A stretch of 64,000 nucleotides of DNA from Pseudomonadota bacterium (GTDB taxonomy: Bacteria > Pseudomonadota > Gammaproteobacteria > Steroidobacterales > Woeseiaceae). How positions within the stretch are numbered: the stretch's first letter is position 1; each line of letters starts with the position of its first letter. Below, in pieces: positions 11,679 through 20,734 of the stretch. A program made the position numbers and the translations under genes. The notes under the pieces were generated by a model that saw only the letters and a program-made list of their open reading frames with translations, was not told the origin of the DNA and made no database searches. The stretch is taken from positions 22,201 through 86,200 of the forward strand of contig JBCCBP010000001.1 of the NCBI GenBank assembly GCA_039033995.1, given 5' to 3'.

Positions 11679-12781
11679 TACAGTCGCATCGGCATCACTA
11701 CGTAGCGTGAATCGCCCGCGTCGATGTCCGGGATACTGATGACGCAACTGCTGTTCGCATCATTCAGACTCATTCGAACCGACTCGTCGTCGATCGCCCC
11801 GATCGCGTCCAACAGGTAATTCACGTTAAAGCCGATCTCAATATCGTCGCCGCTGTATTCGACCTCGACCTGCTCTTCAGCGTCTTCCTGCTCCGGGTTG
11901 TGCGCCATGATCGTCGCTCCGCTATCGCGGATTTCCAGCCGGATACCCCGATACTTTTCGTTGGACAGAATCGCTGCGCGCTGCAGTGCAGCCCGCATAC
12001 CCTGCCGATCTGCGACCAGGAAGTTCTGTGTATCCGACGGGATCACGCGTTGATAATCCGGGAAACGGCCATCAATCAGTTTCGATGTAAATCGAATCGT
12101 GCCTGTTTGCACGCGAATGTGATTCTTGCCAAAAGCGAGTGTCATCTCACCGTCTTCACCGAGTAAGCGCTGTAACTCCAGAACCCCTTTGCGTGGCACG
12201 ATCACTTGCTGAGTCGGCAATTCGTCCGCATCGACCTGACATTCACACAAAGCCAGGCGGTGACCGTCGGTGGCAACAGCGCGAATGGTGTTGCCCTCGG
12301 TTTCCAGCAACATACCATTGAGATAATAACGGACGTCCTGCTGGGCCATCGCGAAATAGGTTTTGTTCAATAACCGCTGGATCGATGCCGACGGCAAATC
12401 AAAACTCTGGCTGGCTTCAATATCGTCCAACACTGGAAATTCAGCGGCTGGCAGGGTTGCCAAGCGGAACTTGCTTTTGCCGCTGGAGATTAGCAGTCGC
12501 TCGCCTTCGAGCTTCAGGGAAACATCAGCGCTATCCGGCAGTGCTTTGCAAATATCGAATAACTTTCGGCCAGGTACCGTGACTTCGCCGGCCATATCGA
12601 CATCGACGTCTGCCTGCGACTGCAGCTCGACTTCGATATCTGTCGCTGTCACGGCCAATCGGTTACTTTTCGCGACTAACAACACATTGGCCAGAATCGG
12701 CATTGTCTGACGCCGTTCAACCACGCCAATGACGGCTTGTAATGTGTTCAAGAGTGTTTGTCTGCTAGCGGACAATTTCAT
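11678..12781 (-). CDS. dnaN: DNA polymerase III beta sliding clamp
   Basis: 367-aa ORF beginning MKLSASRQTLLNTLQAVIGVVERRQTMPILANVLL... and ending ...RYVVMPMRL. The order dnaA-dnaN-recF-gyrB is canonical. Confidence 0.96.
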   Translation of the reverse strand: MKLSASRQTLLNTLQAVIGVVERRQTMPILANVLLVAKSNRLAVTATDIEVELQSQADVDVDMAGEVTVPGRKLFDICKALPDSADVSLKLEGERLLISSGKSKFRLATLPAAEFPVLDDIEASQSFDLPSASIQRLLNKTYFAMAQQDVRYYLNGMLLETEGNTIRAVATDGHRLALCECQVDADELPTQQVIVPRKGVLELQRLLGEDGEMTLAFGKNHIRVQTGTIRFTSKLIDGRFPDYQRVIPSDTQNFLVADRQGMRAALQRAAILSNEKYRGIRLEIRDSGATIMAHNPEQEDAEEQVEVEYSGDDIEIGFNVNYLLDAIGAIDDESVRMSLNDANSSCVISIPDIDAGDSRYVVMPMRL

Positions 12782-12947
12782 GGCATAACCCTGAATAATA
12801 TAAATTAAGTATTTTATTACTTATTACTGTTATTAGGCCCACAGTTAGCTGTGGAAAATAAAAATTTTAGTTTTATTATCAATTAGTTGAGGCTGTTTTT
12901 CTGTTCTTTTATGTTGTCGATAATCCACGACTTAGCTGTGTCTTAAC

Positions 12948-12956
12948 TGTGGATAA
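12948..12956 (-). promoter_or_regulatory. DnaA box, perfect TTATCCACA (minus strand)
   Basis: The plus strand reads TGTGGATAA. Confidence 0.75.
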
Positions 12957-12971
12957 GTTTGCACTGATAAG

Positions 12972-12980
12972 TTATCCACA
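12972..12980 (+). promoter_or_regulatory. DnaA box, perfect TTATCCACA
   Basis: Exact 9-mer, 15 bp from the inverted partner box. Confidence 0.75.
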
Positions 12981-12991
12981 GTTTGATCACA

Positions 12992-14338
12992 TCATCCCGT
13001 CAGAGTTCTTAACAGGTTTGTGTAGTCCTCTTCCACCTGGTTGTCCGAATCACGTAATTCCTTGATTTTACGGCATGCGTGCAGCACGGTCGTATGATCT
13101 CGGCCGCCAAACGCCTCACCAATTTCCGGCAAGGAATGGCGCGTCAGTTCCTTTGACAAGCTCATCGCGATTTGCCGCGGTCTTGCGATGGATCGACTCC
13201 GCCGCTTCGACAGTAGCTCACTCATCCGGATTTTAAAGTACTCGGCGACCGTCTTCTGAATATTTTCAATGCTGACACGCTTATCACGCAATGCCAGCAA
13301 ATCTTTCAATGACTCTTTGCAGGAATCGATGGTAATCGGACGGCCTGTAAAACTTGCAGTTGCCATCACCCGGCGCAAAGCGCCTTCCAATTCGCGAACG
13401 TTCGATCGGATCCGTTGGGCGATAAAAAACGCGACCTCGTCGGGTAACGATACCCCTTCCAGTTCTGCCTTGCGGATCAGAATAGCGACCGATGTCTCGA
13501 GCTCTGGCGGTTCCACCGCAACCGTTAAGCCCCAGCCCATGCGGCTCTTCAGCCGTTCTTCGAGGCCTTCGACCTCCTTCGGATACTTATCGCAGGTCAG
13601 GATGATCTGTCTCTGACCTTCCAGCAGTGTGTTGAAGGTATGAAAAAACTCTTCCTGCGAACGGTCTTTGCCCGCAAAAAACTGAATATCGTCGATCAAC
13701 AGCACATCGAGCGAGCGATAGGCGCGTTTGAACTCATTGATCGTGTTGTGCTGCAACCCGCGCACCATATCGCCAACAAAACGCTCGGAATGCACATAGC
13801 ACACGCGCGCGTCCGGCTGGCGCGCCAGCACTTCATTGCCCACGGCGTGCATCAAGTGTGTCTTGCCGAGACCAACACCGCCATAAAGGAACAGCGGGTT
13901 GTAGGCTTTGCCGAGATTTTCAGCGACCTGCGTCGCCGCTGCCCGAGCCAACTGGTTGCTTTTGCCTTCAACAAAGTTCTCGAACGTGAAACCCGGCATC
14001 AAACGACTTTCCGGCATCGGTGCACTGGACACGTTACTGCGGGAAGCGGTCGCGGGTGATGGCCGATGTGGTGTTGAGACCTGTTCGGGTATCACGACCG
14101 AACCAACGCGTCCAAGCACCTCGACCGGCTGACCTGCGAGTTCCAACGCCAGTTCGGAGACCCGCGCGAGAAACTGCTGATTGACACGATCCATGACAAA
14201 TCGGTTCGGCGCCAACAGAATCAGTCGATCACCGTCGACTTGTGCTTGTAATGGGCGAATCCAGGTATTGAACTGCTGTTCGGATATCTCGCTGCGGATG
14301 CGCTTGAGACATCGTTGCCAAAGATCCGTATGGGTCAC
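12992..14338 (-). CDS. dnaA: Chromosomal replication initiator protein DnaA
   Basis: 448 aa with a GTG start. AAA+ Walker [11 protein letters not shown], Walker B LLIDDIQF, and the C-terminal DNA-binding helix (...[16 protein letters not shown]...). Confidence 0.97.
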   Translation of the reverse strand: MTHTDLWQRCLKRIRSEISEQQFNTWIRPLQAQVDGDRLILLAPNRFVMDRVNQQFLARVSELALELAGQPVEVLGRVGSVVIPEQVSTPHRPSPATASRSNVSSAPMPESRLMPGFTFENFVEGKSNQLARAAATQVAENLGKAYNPLFLYGGVGLGKTHLMHAVGNEVLARQPDARVCYVHSERFVGDMVRGLQHNTINEFKRAYRSLDVLLIDDIQFFAGKDRSQEEFFHTFNTLLEGQRQIILTCDKYPKEVEGLEERLKSRMGWGLTVAVEPPELETSVAILIRKAELEGVSLPDEVAFFIAQRIRSNVRELEGALRRVMATASFTGRPITIDSCKESLKDLLALRDKRVSIENIQKTVAEYFKIRMSELLSKRRSRSIARPRQIAMSLSKELTRHSLPEIGEAFGGRDHTTVLHACRKIKELRDSDNQVEEDYTNLLRTLTG

Positions 14339-14431
14339 CTGTTCACCTGAGCCGCTAATCGATTGTTATGCGTCCCCAGGACGCGGACCCGTCGGCCGGA
14401 CGGCCGGGTAGCTTATACTGCTGGATGGAAG

Positions 14432-14440
14432 TTATCCACA
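14432..14440 (+). promoter_or_regulatory. DnaA box, perfect TTATCCACA, in the dnaA/rpmH divergent promoter region
   Basis: Exact 9-mer about 95 nt upstream of the dnaA start. It is the only perfect box I see in this 249-bp GC-rich spacer. Confidence 0.7.
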
Positions 14441-14463
14441 CCCACTTCCCGCGCCGAACAGCG

Positions 14464-14492
14464 TTGACACCCTTGCGAATTCCGCGTATCTT
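14464..14492 (+). promoter_or_regulatory. Sigma70 promoter candidate for rpmH-rnpA
   Basis: TTGACA, 17 nt spacer, TATCTT, about 95 nt upstream of the rpmH ATG. Confidence 0.4.
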
Positions 14493-14587
14493 CTCCGACC
14501 TTTTCGCGTTTGCGAGCCCGGCGCTCGCGCGCCTATATTAAAGAATCAACGCTGTGGCGCATCGGGTGCCGCCGTTAGGACAGAATC

Positions 14588-14722
14588 ATGAAACGCACAT
14601 TTCAGCCGAGTAATATAAAGCGTAAAAGAACCCACGGTTTTCGTGCTCGCATGGCCACGAAAGGCGGTCGTCTGGTGCTCAAGCGCCGGCGTGCCAAAGG
14701 CCGTCATCGGCTGTCTGCCTGA
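14588..14722 (+). CDS. rpmH: 50S ribosomal protein L34
   Basis: Absent from the ORF track because it is under 60 aa. My own translation is [44 protein letters not shown] (44 aa), a textbook L34. Confidence 0.95.
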   Translation: MKRTFQPSNIKRKRTHGFRARMATKGGRLVLKRRRAKGRHRLSA

Positions 14723-14770
14723 TCCCGGTTCCAGCTCGTCCTGTCGTTCGTCAAGCTGTGTGGGTGACCC

Positions 14771-15157
14771 ATGACGCCTACGCACTTATCGTTTCAGCGA
14801 CACAACCGACTCCTTACCAGCGCAGATTTCCAACGGGTCTTTGCCGGTAGTCGGCGCAGCCGCGACGCTTTGTTTATGGTGTGCGCGCGTTATCACAACA
14901 AACCTGATACCCGCCTCGGGCTAGCGATCAGCAAGCGCCATGCCCGCCACGCGGTTCAGCGCAATCGCATCAAACGCATCGCAAGAGAGTATTTCCGCCA
15001 ACACCGCGACACGCTGGCAACGGCCGACTACGTCGTTGTGAATCACGCCGCGGCGACCAACGCCACCAATGCGGCGCTGGCCGAGAGCTTGCAAACCCAT
15101 TTCCGCCGTCTGTCCAGCCAACGCGCTGACAGACGCCAACCGTCATCCAAGCAGTAG
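14771..15157 (+). CDS. rnpA: Ribonuclease P protein component
   Basis: A 128-aa basic protein with the RNR-like motif (KRHARHAVQRNRIKRIARE), located between rpmH and yidC. Confidence 0.9.
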   Translation: MTPTHLSFQRHNRLLTSADFQRVFAGSRRSRDALFMVCARYHNKPDTRLGLAISKRHARHAVQRNRIKRIAREYFRQHRDTLATADYVVVNHAAATNATNAALAESLQTHFRRLSSQRADRRQPSSKQ

Positions 15158-15167
15158 CCAATCGTTT

Positions 15168-16841
15168 ATGGATAGTCAACGTCTGTTCGCCTGGGCATTC
15201 TTCAGCCTTTTGTTACTCATGACCTGGCAAGCCTGGCAACAGGACTATGTAACGCCTGCGCCTGTGACCGAGCAGACCGCGGTCACGACAGAGATCCCCG
15301 CTGATGCAGCGTTGCCGGACCTCGATACACAGGATCTCGATGCGGTTCCGACGACTGCTGACAGCACCAGCGATGTGCCTGTTGTAGCACCGCAGACATC
15401 CACAGCCGATTACGTCACGGTCAAGACCGACGTGCTGGATATCAAGATCAACCTGCGTGGTGGTGATATCGTCGAAGCGTCGCTGCCAGTGTATCCCGTC
15501 AGTAAGGACACGCCTGACCAGTACGTTGCAACACTGACGGATCAGGGTGATCGCTATGGTGTATTCCGGACGGGCTTGACCAGCGGCGCAGAAAACGATC
15601 CGAACCACCTGGCGCAGTTCACAACGGCTCGCACCGAGTATCAATTGGCGGACGGCGAAGACGTTCTGGTCGTGCCGTTGCGCTGGTCCAACGAGGCCGG
15701 TTTGTCAGTCACCAAATCGCTGACCTTCAAACGCGGATCCTACCGCATCGATCTCGATTTCGATGTCGCGAACGCTACTGACAGCCAATGGGCCGCGCGA
15801 CCTTACGGGCGCATCGTGCACACGGTCGAGTCACCGGATCGGTCGATGTTTGATGTCGAATCGTATTCTTTTAAAGGCCCGGTGGTTTTCGACGGCGAAA
15901 AATATAAGAAGCACTCGCCAGACGATCTCGAAGATGAGCCGGTTCGCAAGAACGACATCACCAATGGTTGGGTCGCAGCGATTGAACACCACTTTTTGTC
16001 CGCGATCGTACCGTCCGCCGATGCACCGACCCGACTCGAAGCCGGCATCAGTGGCGATCGGTTTATCGCCGGCGTTGTCTCGCCAGCGCTGATTGTCGCG
16101 CCCGGCGAATCGGCCAATACCAGCCTAACGCTGTTTACCGGACCGAAGCTGCAGGAACAGCTGAAACAGATTTCTGATCGACTGCCATTGACGGTCGATT
16201 ACGGCATATTGACCCTGCTGGCTGACCCACTGTTCTGGTTGTTGTCGAAAGTGTTCTCGTTTGTTGGCAACTGGGGTTGGGCGATCATTATCGTCACGCT
16301 GCTGATCAAACTCGCGTTCTACAAACTCACCGAGGCCAGCGGTCGTTCAATCGCCAAGATGCGCAAATTGCAGCCGCGTCTGAAAGCGATCCAGGAGCGC
16401 TATGCTGACGATCGGCAGAAGCTCTCGCAGGCGATGATGGAGCTGTATAAGCGGGAAAAAGTGAACCCGGCTGCCGGCTGTTTACCGATACTGATCCAGA
16501 TGCCGTTCTTCCTGGCGTTCTATTGGGTATTGCTCGAGTCCGTCGAAATGCGCCAAGCGCCGTTTATGTTGTGGATTCAGGATCTGTCGGTACGCGACCC
16601 GCTGTTCGTGCTGCCGTTGTTGATGGGCGGCGCCATGCTGATGCAACAGCGCCTCAACCCGGCGCCGGCTGACCCGGTGCAGGCCAAGGTGATGAAAGTG
16701 TTGCCCGTCGTATTCACGCTGTTTTTTGCGTTTTTCCCGGCCGGTCTGGTGCTTTACTGGTTCACGAACACGCTGCTCGGTGTTGCTCAGCAGTGGAAGA
16801 TCAACAACGTCGTCGAAGCAGAAGACAGAAAACGCGACTAA
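15168..16841 (+). CDS. yidC: Membrane protein insertase YidC
   Basis: Trimmed to MDSQRLFAWAFFSLLLLMTWQAWQ.... It has a large periplasmic P1 domain and then the conserved 60-kDa insertase core (WGWAIIIVTLLIKLAFYKLT, MRKLQPRLKAIQERY, GCLPILIQMPFF). Confidence 0.95.
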   Translation: MDSQRLFAWAFFSLLLLMTWQAWQQDYVTPAPVTEQTAVTTEIPADAALPDLDTQDLDAVPTTADSTSDVPVVAPQTSTADYVTVKTDVLDIKINLRGGDIVEASLPVYPVSKDTPDQYVATLTDQGDRYGVFRTGLTSGAENDPNHLAQFTTARTEYQLADGEDVLVVPLRWSNEAGLSVTKSLTFKRGSYRIDLDFDVANATDSQWAARPYGRIVHTVESPDRSMFDVESYSFKGPVVFDGEKYKKHSPDDLEDEPVRKNDITNGWVAAIEHHFLSAIVPSADAPTRLEAGISGDRFIAGVVSPALIVAPGESANTSLTLFTGPKLQEQLKQISDRLPLTVDYGILTLLADPLFWLLSKVFSFVGNWGWAIIIVTLLIKLAFYKLTEASGRSIAKMRKLQPRLKAIQERYADDRQKLSQAMMELYKREKVNPAAGCLPILIQMPFFLAFYWVLLESVEMRQAPFMLWIQDLSVRDPLFVLPLLMGGAMLMQQRLNPAPADPVQAKVMKVLPVVFTLFFAFFPAGLVLYWFTNTLLGVAQQWKINNVVEAEDRKRD

Positions 16842-16845
16842 CGGC

Positions 16846-18024
16846 TTACTCAATCAGTGTATTCGTGACGGTCACGTCACCGTGCAACGACCGGTGAACC
16901 GGGCAGCGATCCGCGATTTCTAGCATCCGTTGTTTGGTTGCCGCATCGACGTTGCCATCGATACTGATATCGCGGTGGAACGTGGTGCGCGTTGTGCCCT
17001 GATCGCGCGATGACGCGGCGGTCACCGACACGTGTACACGATCAACTTTGAGACCTTTGTGTTTGGCGTACATCTGCAACGTCATCGATGTACAACTCGC
17101 CAGTGCTGCACTCAACAACTGCACCGGGCTCGGTCCTTCATCACGACCGCCAACGCTCGCCGGTTCATCGGCAACAAGCGCGTGCGGACCACTGGTAATG
17201 CCGGTGGTGAAACTGTCGCCGTAGGTCGTTGCCTCGATCGCGTCGTTGTCAGCGTCGATGTCGGCCTCTGGCAAGAATCGCGCCGCCCAGGCGCCCAGCA
17301 CCTCGCCGGCGTAACGTGAATCACGGGGATCACTGAGCAGGTGGTCCGCACGATCCAGCGATACGAAACTTTTCGGATGCAACGCTTGCTCAAACAGGGT
17401 TTGCGCGTTGCTGACCTCGACCGTGGCATCGAGTGGTGCATGCATAATCAACAAAGCCTTGCGCAGCCGATGCATTGAATCGCGCAGTGGGTGTTGCTGC
17501 AGGTCATCGACCAATGCTTGGCCGATCACAAACGGTCGTCCTGCGAGCATCACCTGCGCCTTGCCTTCTCGCCGGATGTCTTCCTGTCTATCGCTGAACA
17601 GATGCGAGACATGGGCGGCATCCGCTGGCGAGCCGATGGTCGCAACGGCCACGGCGCTGTCGATCTCCGATGCCGCCAACAGCGTTGCCGTGCCACCGAG
17701 CGAATGGCCGACGAGAATATCCGGCGCCAGTTCGCGTTCGGCCAACCAGGCGGCAGCGTCGATCAAGTCTGTAACGTTGCTGGCGAAGGTCGTATCAGAA
17801 AACTCGCCTTCGCTGTTGCCGAGTCCCGTGAAGTCGAATCGCATCACCGCGATACCGCGACGGGTGAGCGCTTCGCTCAAGTGGCGGGTGGCCCGCAGAT
17901 TGCTGGTGCAAGTGAAGCAATGCGCGAACAATGCTACCGCCCGGTGCGGGGTCGCCGGCCAGTCGATACTGCCCTGAAGGGTCAATCCCGCCCGATTACT
18001 CAATGAAACAGATTCAGATCTCAC
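16846..18024 (-). CDS. Bifunctional alpha/beta hydrolase / OsmC-family peroxiredoxin-like fusion protein
   Basis: N-terminal hydrolase with the GHSLGG elbow. C-terminal OsmC-like domain (...LLSAALASCTSMT..., ...ADRCPVHRSL...). Confidence 0.85.
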   Translation of the reverse strand: MRSESVSLSNRAGLTLQGSIDWPATPHRAVALFAHCFTCTSNLRATRHLSEALTRRGIAVMRFDFTGLGNSEGEFSDTTFASNVTDLIDAAAWLAERELAPDILVGHSLGGTATLLAASEIDSAVAVATIGSPADAAHVSHLFSDRQEDIRREGKAQVMLAGRPFVIGQALVDDLQQHPLRDSMHRLRKALLIMHAPLDATVEVSNAQTLFEQALHPKSFVSLDRADHLLSDPRDSRYAGEVLGAWAARFLPEADIDADNDAIEATTYGDSFTTGITSGPHALVADEPASVGGRDEGPSPVQLLSAALASCTSMTLQMYAKHKGLKVDRVHVSVTAASSRDQGTTRTTFHRDISIDGNVDAATKQRMLEIADRCPVHRSLHGDVTVTNTLIE

Positions 18025-18103
18025 CGTCGTCTCCTCGCGTTACATGCCACAAGATACCGGATAAACTCGACATTTATTGCAGTCATCCTGATTCACGATC
18101 CAC

Positions 18104-19468
18104 ATGCAGATGAGTTACTCCAATGACACGATTGTCGCGCTCGCGACCGCCCGCGGCCAAGCTGGCGTCGGTATCGTTCGGCTCTCCGGTCCCGAGGCGA
18201 TCGCTATCGCCGGTCGCCTGGTATCACGCATGCCGGCGCCACGCCAAGCGTCATTGCAAGTGTTGTCTGATGCGTCCGGCGAGGCGATCGACCAGGGAAT
18301 CGTGCTGTGCTTTCCGGCGCCGCATTCCTACACCGGTGAAGATGTGGTCGAGTTGCAGTGTCATGGCAGTCCCGTCGTGCTCGATAGTATTGTCAAAACA
18401 GTGTGCGAATTCGGTGCGCGACTGGCACGTAACGGCGAGTTTTCCGAGCGCGCGTTCCTGAATGACAAACTGGATCTCGCACAGGCTGAAGCGATTGCCG
18501 ACTTGATCGAAAGTGGCTCGGAGGCGGCGGCCAGAGCTGCGATGCGTTCGTTGCAGGGCGGTTTCTCTGATGCGGTCAACACATTGACGACGGCAGTGAC
18601 CGAGTTACGCATGCACGTCGAAGCGGCCATCGACTTTCCCGAAGAGGAAATCGACTTTCTCGATGATGCGGCTTTGCTGCAGCGCATCGATGCCACGCGT
18701 GAGCAATTTGATGCGCTTCAGGCGCAGATCAAGATGGGTCAGGCAATGACGGACGGCCTGACCATCGTGCTGGCCGGTGCGCCCAACGTCGGCAAGTCGA
18801 GTCTGCTGAATCAATTAGTGGGTCATGATGCAGCGATCGTCACCGATATTGCCGGCACCACACGAGATCTGGTGCGGGAGCGAACCACTATCGAGGGTTT
18901 GCCGGTGGAATTCGTGGACACAGCCGGGCTGCATGCCACGGACGATATTGTCGAGCTGGAAGGCATTCGCCGTAGCCGCGATAGTGTGCGTACCGCCGAT
19001 CACTCACTATTGATGGTCGACGCCAATGCGGCCGGGTGGCAACAGCAGGTCGCGTCGCTGTTGGACGAGGTGCCATCTGAATTACCAAAGACCGTCTTAT
19101 TAAATAAAACCGATCTGCTAACCGAGGCCGTTGCGGCCCCCGCGTTGCTGGATGGGGTGCCCGTGCTGGCGGTATCGGCGCGCACAGGTCATGGCATCGC
19201 CGAATTGCGTCAGCATTTGCTAGCCGCTGCCGGGGTCGACGAGCAACAGGAGACGAGTTTTTCAGCACGTCGCCGTCATGTTGTTGCGATTACCGATGCA
19301 CGTGCCGCATTCGATGCCGGTGTGACCCAGTTGCAGCAATTCAAGGCTGGGGAGTTGTTTGCAGAAGAGCTCCGACAAAGTCAGCAGGCGCTCGCCGAGA
19401 TTACCGGTCGTTTTACCAGCGATGACCTGCTGGGCCGCATATTCGGTGAGTTCTGTATCGGGAAATAG
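18104..19468 (+). CDS. mnmE: tRNA modification GTPase MnmE
   Basis: DTIVALATARGQAGVGIVRLSG, G-domain GAPNVGKSSLLN and DTAG, and the C-terminal FCIGK motif. The start is 18104 or 18110. Confidence 0.95.
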   Translation: MQMSYSNDTIVALATARGQAGVGIVRLSGPEAIAIAGRLVSRMPAPRQASLQVLSDASGEAIDQGIVLCFPAPHSYTGEDVVELQCHGSPVVLDSIVKTVCEFGARLARNGEFSERAFLNDKLDLAQAEAIADLIESGSEAAARAAMRSLQGGFSDAVNTLTTAVTELRMHVEAAIDFPEEEIDFLDDAALLQRIDATREQFDALQAQIKMGQAMTDGLTIVLAGAPNVGKSSLLNQLVGHDAAIVTDIAGTTRDLVRERTTIEGLPVEFVDTAGLHATDDIVELEGIRRSRDSVRTADHSLLMVDANAAGWQQQVASLLDEVPSELPKTVLLNKTDLLTEAVAAPALLDGVPVLAVSARTGHGIAELRQHLLAAAGVDEQQETSFSARRRHVVAITDARAAFDAGVTQLQQFKAGELFAEELRQSQQALAEITGRFTSDDLLGRIFGEFCIGK

Positions 19469-19488
19469 TATGCGGCTGTCGGCGTTGC

Positions 19489-20670
19489 TCAATCGTCCGA
19501 CTGATAGTCTGCCAGCCTGACCACTTCGCTACGCGATCCAGCGGAGACTTGCTGATTGTGCTCAGCCGCGCTCACCGTGTTACGCCCGGCCGCTTTCGCC
19601 TGATACATTGCGTCGTCGGCGCGACGCAACAAATCCTCGATACTCTCGCCGGCCGAGAATTGGGCGACACCGGCAGACACGGTCACGTCGAGGCCCTGGC
19701 CAAACTGATGGTCGACAGTTGAGCGGCGAATCCGTTCGGCACAATCCATCGCGCCACGCAGATCGGTTCGCGGCAGAATGATGATGAATTCCTCGCCGCC
19801 GTATCGCCCGAGCTGGCGCGCTCGCACGACCGGAGAAATCTCGTCGAGTAGCCTGAGTTCGCTGCGCGCGCGTGAGGCAAATTCGGTCAGCACATCGTCA
19901 CCGGTCAAATGGCCAAAGCGATCATTGATCTGTTTGAAGAAATCGAGATCCAGAATCACGATGCTGAATACCTCGCTATAGCGCAACGCCCCTTCGCGTA
20001 GTACACCGAGCGTTTCGAGAATGCTGCGCCGGTTGAACGCCTGGGTCAGATGATCACGTTCCGCGAGGTGTGTGACTTTCGCGACCACCTCTCGCAATTC
20101 TTCATTGCGGCGCTGCAGGCGTTCGCGCAGCGACCCGACGTGATTGCCGAAAAACGCCGCCCAGATCAGAAGACTGCCGACCGCGCCTGCCTGAAACAGA
20201 AACGCGACAAAACTGCGCTGGTTTCGGTCGAGGGCGAACTCGACCAGGTTCAAAGCGACGAATCCTGCAAACGCCATGAACGCCATCATCGAGAACTCGC
20301 GCGCCTGCATCTGGAAGACGCCGAACATTAATACAATTAGGTATACCGAGATCTGCAGATCACGCCACTCCGGGATGCAGAACATGAACAAAACGACCCA
20401 GGTCAGCCCGATGCTGCATTGTGCGAACGTCATCGATGGGTCTTTGAAGCGCAGATTGGTGCCCGATCGGATCAGCCACCAGAACACAGCGACGTTGACG
20501 GCAACCGGCAGGCCCAGCGCCCACAGCACCGCCGACGGCGCTTGCAGCATATCCAGGGATTTCGCGACGATGGTCATTGCCGCCCATATGCCGTACAACA
20601 TGACGGACATCAGGAAGCGCTGCATGCGCAATTGCTGTGCCTGCTGGATTTTATCCCGTTGATCGCTCAT
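19489..20670 (-). CDS. Membrane-anchored diguanylate cyclase (GGDEF)
   Basis: About 6 N-terminal TM helices followed by a GGDEF domain: active site RYGGEEF, and an I-site-like RTDL positioned 5 residues upstream. Confidence 0.85.
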   Translation of the reverse strand: MSDQRDKIQQAQQLRMQRFLMSVMLYGIWAAMTIVAKSLDMLQAPSAVLWALGLPVAVNVAVFWWLIRSGTNLRFKDPSMTFAQCSIGLTWVVLFMFCIPEWRDLQISVYLIVLMFGVFQMQAREFSMMAFMAFAGFVALNLVEFALDRNQRSFVAFLFQAGAVGSLLIWAAFFGNHVGSLRERLQRRNEELREVVAKVTHLAERDHLTQAFNRRSILETLGVLREGALRYSEVFSIVILDLDFFKQINDRFGHLTGDDVLTEFASRARSELRLLDEISPVVRARQLGRYGGEEFIIILPRTDLRGAMDCAERIRRSTVDHQFGQGLDVTVSAGVAQFSAGESIEDLLRRADDAMYQAKAAGRNTVSAAEHNQQVSAGSRSEVVRLADYQSDD

Positions 20671-20734
20671 GACGATCAGTGTCGCGACTCGCGGCGAACA
20701 CGTCCGCGTCCAAGTTCACGTTTTGTTCAAGCCG

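Larger units (their letters stand above)
12782..12991. other. Candidate oriC (DnaA-box cluster plus AT-rich unwinding region) in the dnaA-dnaN spacer
   Basis: Hand count gives 60 G+C in the 200 nt at 12791-12990, and 26/110 in the left part. Two perfect DnaA boxes lie in inverted orientation, with near-boxes at 12850-12858 (TTTTCCACA on the minus strand) and 12921-12929 (TAATCCACG). A tandem TTATTAC-TTATTAC sits at 12814-12827. Confidence 0.6.
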
